Positions 57,253 to 64,000 of a DNA stretch of 64,000 nt are shown in pieces; the first letter of the stretch is position 1, and each line of letters opens with the position of its first letter. The notes under the pieces were generated by a model, which was given only the letters and a program-made list of their open reading frames with translations, had not been told where the DNA came from and did not search any database. This DNA is from Candidatus Shapirobacteria bacterium. Lineage in GTDB: Bacteria > Patescibacteriota > Microgenomatia > UBA12405. The stretch is taken from the NCBI GenBank assembly GCA_041665485.1, contig JBAYIT010000002.1:69867-133866 (forward strand), given 5' to 3'. The translations under genes were made by a program, and so were the position numbers.

Positions 57253-58297
57253 TAAGGTAATCTGCCTTACCGGCAATCACCATACTCCAGCCATAGAACT
57301 TATTCGCCAACTAAAACAGCAACCCCAAAAGTGGCAAATAAGCTATTTAACCCACAGCTATCAAACTGAGACTCACATCAAAAACACCATTATTCCTAAA
57401 CTCAATGTCAGCCTCCATCTAATTCAATGCAACAAATTCGACCGTCAAAAACCACTTCTGTCCATCTTTAAAACACCACTCTTAATCGTTGGCATTTTTC
57501 AATCTTTATTACTTCTTAAGTCGGAAAAACCAGATATTGTCGTTTCTTTTGGTGGTTATGTTTCTGTTCCGGTAATTATTGCTGCTTGGATTCTCAAAAT
57601 TCCCTCAATCACCCACGAACAAACACTCACTATCGGCCTGGCTACCAAAATAAATAGTTACTTCTGCCAAAAAGTTGCTCTGTCTTTTCCTGGTCCTGAC
57701 ATTAACAATAAAACTATCGTCACTGGCAATCTTCTTCGCCAACAAATCTTCGATACCAAATCAAAAAAATATCAAAGTCTTGAATCAAAAATTAAAAAAT
57801 CACCACTAATTTATATCACCGGAGGCAGTCAAGGATCCCAATTTATTAATGACTTAACCGTTAGTATTTTACCTCAACTTAGCCAATACACAATTATCCA
57901 TCAAACCGGGCCAAAACCAACTCAAACAAACAACAAATATCCCAATTATCACCAGACCGAATATATTGACCTCGAAGATATCGGCTGGGTTTTCCACCAA
58001 TCCTCTTTAATTGTCAGCCGAGCCGGGGCTAATATTTGTCAGGAAATTGCCACTCTCAACCATCAATCAATTATTATTCCTCATCCCAAAACTCAACAAG
58101 ACGAACAAATAAAAAACGCCCAGTGGCTTAAATCAAGATTACCGGAATTAACCACTATTATTCCTCAATCAAAAGCCAACTCTAGTTTAGTTACAAGGGC
58201 GATTTTTAAACACCTTAATTCCAAAATTAAAAACAACAAAACAATCGCGGGCCAAACAACCCATCCTCTAATCAATCTCATCAATGAAATGGTTTAA
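57242..58297 (+). CDS. murG: UDP-GlcNAc--undecaprenyl-PP-MurNAc-pentapeptide GlcNAc transferase
   Basis: GT28 architecture. LIYITGGSQGSQFIN (MurG GGSQGA motif). N-terminal LTGNHHTPAIEL Gly-rich loop variant. Confidence 0.8.
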   Translation: MPNNKVICLTGNHHTPAIELIRQLKQQPQKWQISYLTHSYQTETHIKNTIIPKLNVSLHLIQCNKFDRQKPLLSIFKTPLLIVGIFQSLLLLKSEKPDIVVSFGGYVSVPVIIAAWILKIPSITHEQTLTIGLATKINSYFCQKVALSFPGPDINNKTIVTGNLLRQQIFDTKSKKYQSLESKIKKSPLIYITGGSQGSQFINDLTVSILPQLSQYTIIHQTGPKPTQTNNKYPNYHQTEYIDLEDIGWVFHQSSLIVSRAGANICQEIATLNHQSIIIPHPKTQQDEQIKNAQWLKSRLPELTTIIPQSKANSSLVTRAIFKHLNSKIKNNKTIAGQTTHPLINLINEMV

Positions 58298-58658
58298 AGT
58301 TCTTCTCATTATTTTTATTGTCGCCTCTTTCTTCTTCTTTAGATTGTCACTTCACTATCAAAATATCTCCCCAAATTCAAACAATCTTAGTCAGTATCTT
58401 AAATTCAAGTCCGCCCTGGAATCAAACGGTTTTATAATCCACACGATCGATATAAGCTCCCTAAATCAAGCTAAAGTATTAATTTCAAACACCAAGGAAA
58501 CCCCATCATTCACTGTTTACTTCAATCTTGATCATCCCATCGAGCAACAGCTTATGCTCTTACAAAAGGTAACTAAAATCGCTACAATTAAACTTAAATA
58601 CCCCTACCTTATAGATTTCGGCGGGGAAAAACCATATGCCACACTCAAAAATAATTAG
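58284..58658 (+). CDS. small bitopic membrane protein, possible minimal FtsQ/DivIB-like (POTRA only)
   Basis: 124 aa. N-terminal TM (VLLIIFIVASFFFF) plus a roughly 95-aa periplasmic domain. The position between murG and ftsA is the canonical ftsQ slot. Confidence 0.3.
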   Translation: MKWFKVLLIIFIVASFFFFRLSLHYQNISPNSNNLSQYLKFKSALESNGFIIHTIDISSLNQAKVLISNTKETPSFTVYFNLDHPIEQQLMLLQKVTKIATIKLKYPYLIDFGGEKPYATLKNN

Positions 58659-59883
58659 CGGATTGGATATCGGCACGTCCAAAATTACCGCCATTGTCAG
58701 CCAGTATTTTGAAGTAGAAAACAAACTGAATGTTGTTGCTGTCGCCTCAGTTCCCGCCACTGGCTTTCGTAAGGGTCAAATCGTCAATCTTGAAGAGGCC
58801 AGCAAAACCCTTAATCAGTGTATTGAATCTGCCGAAAGAATGGCCGGCTTTGAAATAAGTAACCTTCATATTTCCCTCGCCGCCAACTACATTGAATCCG
58901 TCAATTCTCAAGGAGTCGTCGCCATTAGTAATCCTAACGGAGAAATCGGCAAAGATGACATTGTCAGAGTTATTGAAGCTGCCAAGGCTATTTCTTTACC
59001 AACCGGCAAAGAAATTATTCACGTTATTCCCCGAAGGTATACCGTTGACGGTCAAGATGGCATCATTGATCCCGTTGGTATGAACGGTATCAGACTGGAG
59101 CTCGAAGCCCACATTATTCTTGCCTCAACTCCAGCTCTCAAAAATCTCCACAAATGCCTCGAAGAAATTGGTATTACTCCTATCAGCATTATTTACTCCG
59201 GCCTTACCACCACTAAAGCTGCCGCCACTGAAACCGAAAAAGAGCTTGGAGTTGCTATTGTCGATATCGGTGGATCAATTACCACCATCACTATTTACCA
59301 AGAAGGCTCCCCAACCTACTCGGCTGTTATCCCCGTTGGAGCCAACAATGTCACCAACGATTTGGCCATTGGCCTGAGATTATCAATTGACGAAGCTGAA
59401 AAAATTAAACTCCGCCTCGGTCGGATTATTGAAAATAAAAAATATCAAGACGAAATTGAACTATCTCAATTTGGCATAACCACCGATGAAAATCATAAAA
59501 TTTCTCTTCAAACCGCCGTTAGCGGAATTATCAAACCCCGGCTTGAAGAAGTCTTTTCTCTAGTTTGGAAACAAATTGAAGCCAGTGGTTTCTCTGAATC
59601 CATACCCGCCGGTGTCGTCCTAACTGGTGGAGGATCACTAACCACTCAAACCAGAGATATTTGTGGCAAAATTATTCCTCTACCTCTCCGTCTTGCTTCC
59701 CCCCCCAAAATTGGCGGAATAGTTGATGAAATATCCAACCCTGCTTTTACTAGTACTATCGGCTTGATTCTTTATGTTAAAGACAATCAGCAACCGCAAA
59801 CCACTAAAAACAAGAAAAGTAGGGTCAATATTGGTGGCATATTTGGTAGATTAAAAAACATTATTGAACCACTTCTTCCCTAA
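58636..59883 (+). CDS. ftsA: cell division protein FtsA
   Basis: N-terminal ISGLDIGTSKITAIV (actin-fold phosphate-1) and VVDIGGSITTITIY (phosphate-2). 415 aa. Confidence 0.9.
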   Translation: MPHSKIISGLDIGTSKITAIVSQYFEVENKLNVVAVASVPATGFRKGQIVNLEEASKTLNQCIESAERMAGFEISNLHISLAANYIESVNSQGVVAISNPNGEIGKDDIVRVIEAAKAISLPTGKEIIHVIPRRYTVDGQDGIIDPVGMNGIRLELEAHIILASTPALKNLHKCLEEIGITPISIIYSGLTTTKAAATETEKELGVAIVDIGGSITTITIYQEGSPTYSAVIPVGANNVTNDLAIGLRLSIDEAEKIKLRLGRIIENKKYQDEIELSQFGITTDENHKISLQTAVSGIIKPRLEEVFSLVWKQIEASGFSESIPAGVVLTGGGSLTTQTRDICGKIIPLPLRLASPPKIGGIVDEISNPAFTSTIGLILYVKDNQQPQTTKNKKSRVNIGGIFGRLKNIIEPLLP

Positions 59884-60995
59884 TGGCTCTCATAAAAACC
59901 CTTGCCGGTCAATTTGCCAAAATTAAAGTTCTCGGAGTTGGTGGCGGTGGCAATAATGCCATCAATTCCATGATTAGCCTCGACAATATCCAGGGGGTAG
60001 AGTTTATCGCCATTAACACTGATTCCCAGGCCCTCTTAAACTCTCAGGCACCAATCAAAATTCAAATTGGAGAAAAATTAACCAAGGGCCTTGGCGCTGG
60101 CAGTGACCCCCAAATCGGCGAACAAGCCGCCGAAGAATCGAAAGACAAAATCAGAGAAGTTTTGGAAAATGCTGATATGGTTTTCATCACCGGTGGCATG
60201 GGTGGGGGAACCTGCACCGGCGCCGCCCCCATAATTGCTAAAATCGCCAAAGAAGAATTGGGTATTTTAACCATCGGTGTTGTCACTAAACCTTTTCTTT
60301 TCGAAGGCACCCGCCGAATGACCAAAGCCGAAGAAGGTATTCGGGAACTCAAGCAACACCTAGACACCTTGGTAGTTATCCCTAATCAGAAAGTCATGGA
60401 GGTTGTTAATAGCCAAACTACCATGATTGATGCTTTTAAAATCGCCGATTCGGTTCTCAACAAGGGCACCAAGGCCATTGCCGACCTTATTACCACTCCC
60501 GGCCTAATTAATCTTGATTTTGCCGATATAAAGTCAATTATGAACAACGCCGGCACCGCTCTGATGGGAGTCGGAGAAGCTGAAGGCGACAACAAAGCCA
60601 GGGAAGCTGTTAGTGCTGCCATCGACTCACCCCTCGTTGATGTTGATATCCGAGGCGCTCGGGGCGTTCTTATCAATATCACCGGTGGACCAGATCTGAC
60701 TATGGCTGAAATTGAAGATGCTGCCCAAACCATTACTCATAGCACCTCGCCCGACGCCAATATTATTTTCGGAGCCACTATTGACCCCGAGCTTAAAGGT
60801 AAAATAAGAATTACTGTTATCGCCACCGGTTTTAGCACCGATAGGCCAAAATCTTATTCTCAAGCTCCAATCAAACTGATTGAAGAAAACCACCCATCTC
60901 CCCAAGTTCAACAACTAATGAACGACCAGGAAATACCTGAAGGGATTGATATTGTCGATGAATTTGACATCCCCGCCTTCTTAAGAAAAAAGTAG
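59883..60995 (+). CDS. ftsZ: cell division GTPase FtsZ
   Basis: GVGGGGNNAI, GGGTGTGAAPIIA (tubulin signature), NTDSQAL. 370 aa. Confidence 0.95.
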   Translation: MALIKTLAGQFAKIKVLGVGGGGNNAINSMISLDNIQGVEFIAINTDSQALLNSQAPIKIQIGEKLTKGLGAGSDPQIGEQAAEESKDKIREVLENADMVFITGGMGGGTCTGAAPIIAKIAKEELGILTIGVVTKPFLFEGTRRMTKAEEGIRELKQHLDTLVVIPNQKVMEVVNSQTTMIDAFKIADSVLNKGTKAIADLITTPGLINLDFADIKSIMNNAGTALMGVGEAEGDNKAREAVSAAIDSPLVDVDIRGARGVLINITGGPDLTMAEIEDAAQTITHSTSPDANIIFGATIDPELKGKIRITVIATGFSTDRPKSYSQAPIKLIEENHPSPQVQQLMNDQEIPEGIDIVDEFDIPAFLRKK

Positions 60996-61083
60996 TATAA
61001 TAAAAACCAACAATGGCAAATAATACTATTTTAATTATTTCCTAGCTCCAGGAGCCGAATTACTTCGGCCACCCGGGGCATTA

Positions 61084-61112
61084 AAATCCTTCACTTCGAA
61101 GGATTTTTTGTT
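61084..61112 (+). terminator. rho-independent terminator-like hairpin after ftsZ (preceded by a second hairpin at 61054-61069)
   Basis: aaatccttc-actt-gaaggattt followed by tttttg (61084-61110). Upstream hairpin gccgaa-ttac-ttcggc. It lies only about 12 nt before the ileS ATG. Confidence 0.5.
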
Positions 61113-61122
61113 TTAATAAACC

Positions 61123-63897
61123 ATGAACTATTTTTCTGAACTCAATCAAAACCCTGATTTAAACCAAATAGAGTTAGACACTCTTAAATGGTGGCAAGAA
61201 CACGATATTGTTAATCTTTATCTCCACAAAAACGATAATTCGCCGAAAACTTTTTCTTTTATTGATGGCCCCATCACTGCCAACGGGCCCATGGGCGTTC
61301 ATCATGCCCGTGGCCGAACACTTAAAGACGTTTTTCAACGCTATAAAAATTCCTGTGGCTTTGCTCAAAGATTTCAAAACGGTTTCGACTGTCAAGGATT
61401 ATGGGTTGAGGTTGAAGTTGAAAAAGAAGCCGGTTTCAATTCTAAAAAAGACATTCAAAATTTTGGCCTGGAAAATTTCACCAATGCTTGCCTTGCTAGA
61501 GTTAACAAGTTTTCTACCATTCAAACTGAACAGTCACAACGTCTGGGTATGTTTATGGATTGGCCCAATTCTTACTACACCAATTCTGTCGAAAATAATC
61601 TCTACATTTGGCATTTTCTAAAAAAAATAAACGATAAGGGCTGGCTTGTAAAGAAAAAATCAGCCACCACTTGGTGCCCTCGTTGCGAAACTGGTCTTTC
61701 CCAACACGAGCAAGCCGATGGTTATCAGGAAATTACCGACACTTCAGTCTATGTTATGTTTAAACTTCAAAGTCGCTCCGATGAATATATTCTAGCTTGG
61801 ACCACCACCCCCTGGACACTCTCTGCCAATGTTCTTTTGGCCATCAACACTCAACATCAATATGTTAAAGCTAAACATCAAGGCAAAATTCTTTATTTGG
61901 CCAAAATATCTGCTGAAAAGCTGGGGCTAACTGATTATGAAAAAATCGATGCGTCATCTCTTCTTAATATTCCTTATGATTCTCTTTACGATATCCCTGC
62001 CCAATCCGGTGTCAAACATTACATTACCAATTGGGACCTAGTTGATCCAATTGAAGGCACTGGTGTCGTCCATATTGCTCCCGGTTGTGGCCAAGAAGAC
62101 TATGAATTAGGTAAAAAACTAAATAGTGACATGATTGCCCCTCTCGACGAGACCGGCCATTTTACCCAAGGTTACGGAGAATTAACCGACAAATACGCCC
62201 ACCACGTCAACCAACAAGTTTTTGATTATCTCGAAGCAAAAAAAGCTCTATTCAAAACCGAACCGATTACCCATCGCTACCCCCACTGTTGGCGTTGTAA
62301 AACCAAATGTTTATTTCGTCTTGAGGACAACTGGTTTATGGACGCCGATGAAATCCGACCGCTTCTCAAATCCGCTGCCGACAAAGTTAATTGGCATCCC
62401 AAGTATGGTGGTCGTCGAATGCAAAACTGGCTTGACTCTATGGAGGATTGGATGATTAGCCGTAAGCGTTTTTACGGATTAGCCTTGCCTTTTTACCCCT
62501 GCTCCTGTGGCCACCTTACCGTTATTGGCAGTCTAGATGAATTAAAAGCCAAAGCTGTTAACCCCAAGCTTGTCGAGGAATTAAAATCAGTTCATCGCCC
62601 CTGGATTGATGCTATTGAGATAAAATGTTCTAAGTGTGGTAAAAATGTCACCAGAATCCCCGATGTTGGTGACGTTTGGCTTGATGCCGGCATCATCCCT
62701 TTCTCTACTCTCAAATATCTCTCTGATAAAAATTATTGGCAAAAGTGGTTCCCGGCTGACTTGGTTTTGGAAATGACCGAACAAATCCGCCTTTGGTTTT
62801 ACTCCATGCTCTTCATGAGTGTCACTCTTGAAGATGTTCCACCTTACAAACACGTTGTCACCTACGCCGAAGTTCGTGATGAAAAAGGCAATCGGATGAG
62901 TAAAACAAAAAAGAACGGTATTCCCTACGACGAAGCCATCCCTAAAATGGGCGCCGATGCCATGCGTTGGCTCTACTGTCAACAAAAAGCTTACACTTCA
63001 GTTAACTTTGGTTACGATATTGCCGATCAGGTTAAACGGGATTTTATCTTTATTCTTTGGAACTCTTATCGCTTCTTTACTCAACACGCCAATCTTGAAA
63101 ACTGGAGCCCAAAACAAACAACCAACCCCACCACTCATATTTTAGATCAGTGGATAGTTTCTCGTCTGAATTCCACTATCAATAAAGTCACCAAAGCGTT
63201 GGATAAATTTTCAACTCCACTTGCCACTGCCAGCATCGAAAGTTTTGTTTCCGATTTATCGACCTGGTATATTCGTCGCTCCCGCGATCGAGTCGATAAT
63301 TTCGATCTCCTTTATCAAATTTTTAATACCCTTACCGTTATTATTTCTCCTTTTGTTCCCTTTTTTGCCGAAACCATCTATCAAAACCTTAATCCCACCA
63401 AAAATAAATCTGTCCATCTCCAAAATTGGCCTAATGCACTAACCTCAACTATTAACTCCGAATTGGAAAAAGAGATGGAGGTGGTTCGTCAAATCTGTCA
63501 ACTTATTCATGGCCAAAGACAAGCCACCGCTATTAAAGTTCGTCAACCACTATCTTCAGCCACTGTCACCAGCAAATTTCAACTTCAACCCGAACTTATC
63601 AACATTATCTGTCAAGAAACCAACATCAAAACCGTCACTCTTATAAAAAATCAATCATCCTCAATCGAGGTCTCCCTTGACACGGTCATCACCCCCGCCC
63701 TCAAAGAAGAAGGTGATTTTCGCGATTTTGTTCGCCAAATTCAAGTTATTCGCAAAGAATCGGGGTTTTCTCCGGCTGATAAAATTTCTATCCTCGCCCC
63801 AACTTGGCCAAAAAGTTTTGAAGCTGAAATTCTTAAAAAAACCCAAGCTGTCTCCATTGTTCAAGACACCTCCCTCCAAATCAAAAAAATCAGCTAA
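61123..63897 (+). CDS. ileS: isoleucine--tRNA ligase (class I; ValS not fully excluded)
   Basis: HIGH-region variant PITANGPMGVHHARGRT, FDCQGLWVEVEVE (IleS WDcHGLPiE), DLVLEMTEQIRLWF (IleS DLYLEGSDQHRGWF), KMSKS as NRMSKTKKNG. 924 aa. Confidence 0.75.
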   Translation: MNYFSELNQNPDLNQIELDTLKWWQEHDIVNLYLHKNDNSPKTFSFIDGPITANGPMGVHHARGRTLKDVFQRYKNSCGFAQRFQNGFDCQGLWVEVEVEKEAGFNSKKDIQNFGLENFTNACLARVNKFSTIQTEQSQRLGMFMDWPNSYYTNSVENNLYIWHFLKKINDKGWLVKKKSATTWCPRCETGLSQHEQADGYQEITDTSVYVMFKLQSRSDEYILAWTTTPWTLSANVLLAINTQHQYVKAKHQGKILYLAKISAEKLGLTDYEKIDASSLLNIPYDSLYDIPAQSGVKHYITNWDLVDPIEGTGVVHIAPGCGQEDYELGKKLNSDMIAPLDETGHFTQGYGELTDKYAHHVNQQVFDYLEAKKALFKTEPITHRYPHCWRCKTKCLFRLEDNWFMDADEIRPLLKSAADKVNWHPKYGGRRMQNWLDSMEDWMISRKRFYGLALPFYPCSCGHLTVIGSLDELKAKAVNPKLVEELKSVHRPWIDAIEIKCSKCGKNVTRIPDVGDVWLDAGIIPFSTLKYLSDKNYWQKWFPADLVLEMTEQIRLWFYSMLFMSVTLEDVPPYKHVVTYAEVRDEKGNRMSKTKKNGIPYDEAIPKMGADAMRWLYCQQKAYTSVNFGYDIADQVKRDFIFILWNSYRFFTQHANLENWSPKQTTNPTTHILDQWIVSRLNSTINKVTKALDKFSTPLATASIESFVSDLSTWYIRRSRDRVDNFDLLYQIFNTLTVIISPFVPFFAETIYQNLNPTKNKSVHLQNWPNALTSTINSELEKEMEVVRQICQLIHGQRQATAIKVRQPLSSATVTSKFQLQPELINIICQETNIKTVTLIKNQSSSIEVSLDTVITPALKEEGDFRDFVRQIQVIRKESGFSPADKISILAPTWPKSFEAEILKKTQAVSIVQDTSLQIKKIS

Positions 63898-63906
63898 ACT
63901 AAACCA

Positions 63907-64000
63907 TGTGGCTTTCCATCCTCGTCCTCTTTGGTTTTAATTTATTAACGATTAGCTCCGTTTCACCTGAAAATCTCGCCAAACAAATCTTTGCCTGGGC
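63907..64000 (+). CDS. 5' end of a gene truncated by the window edge; hydrophobic N-terminus (signal peptide or first TM; lspA-like position after ileS)
   Basis: MWLSILVLFGFNLLTISSVSPENLAKQIFAW. ileS-lspA linkage is common, but 31 aa are insufficient to call. Confidence 0.25.

Noticed and set aside
58284-58658. Calling the 124-aa bitopic protein FtsQ with confidence
   Set aside because: Only position (between murG and ftsA) and topology support it. It is half the length of FtsQ/DivIB and has no recognisable POTRA motif by eye.
60996-61122. T-box leader upstream of ileS
   Set aside because: Hairpins and a U-tract are present, but I could not find the T-box consensus (UGGN-ACCGCG) or an AUC specifier loop. 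Only a terminator is reported.
1-64000. Mobile elements, prophage, tRNA or rRNA genes
   Set aside because: No transposase, integrase or recombinase motifs, no inverted terminal repeats and no tRNA-like cloverleaf candidates were seen in intergenic regions. The intergenic regions are very short and were scanned by eye.

Overview
AT-rich window (about 28-32% GC in the first 23 kb and about 35-43% after, estimated by eye) with small proteins, tightly packed and often overlapping genes, and a C-rich coding strand. This is consistent with an uncultivated reduced-genome bacterium, possibly CPR/Patescibacteria-like; that assignment is inference only. No rRNA, tRNA, CRISPR, transposase or integrase was recognised. 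Two blocks make up the window. (A) 0.7-43.9 kb is a very large cell-envelope glycan biosynthesis locus. It holds at least 14 GT-A/GT-B glycosyltransferases (GT4/GT2-like) and at least 6 polytopic GT-C/ArnT-PMT-like membrane proteins, each paired with a small DPM1/GtrB-like GT2. It also holds a Wzm/Wzt ABC exporter, the complete dTDP-L-rhamnose pathway (rfbC-rfbD, rfbA, rfbB), galE, four SAM methyltransferases, an acyltransferase-3 O-acyltransferase, a hexapeptide acetyltransferase, an O-antigen-ligase-like protein, a priming sugar-phosphotransferase, DUF192 and DUF4012 proteins. The 30-40 kb part carries recurrent 7-8 nt tandem repeats inside glycosyltransferase linkers and at their start/RBS regions. 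(B) 43.9-64 kb holds a RecO-like gene, a glycine T-box-like leader followed by glyS (alpha2-type GlyRS), a lipoprotein and a reduced, rearranged division/cell-wall (dcw) cluster. Its order is rsmH, ftsL-like, ftsI, murE lacking its N-terminal domain, a 196-aa unknown, an Mpl-like MurC-family ligase, mraY, NlpC/P60, a CysK/CBS-like PLP enzyme, an ATP-grasp ligase, ftsW, murG, a small FtsQ-like protein, ftsA and ftsZ. An antisense 55-aa LysW-like zinc-ribbon gene sits in this cluster and is missing from the ORF track. The cluster ends with a terminator, then ileS and the start of a truncated gene. The most unusual signal is this non-canonical insert in the dcw cluster (LysW-like ribbon, CysK-like PLP enzyme, ATP-grasp, Mpl-like ligase, N-truncated MurE with DDTR instead of DNPR). 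It suggests atypical peptidoglycan stem-peptide chemistry or assembly.
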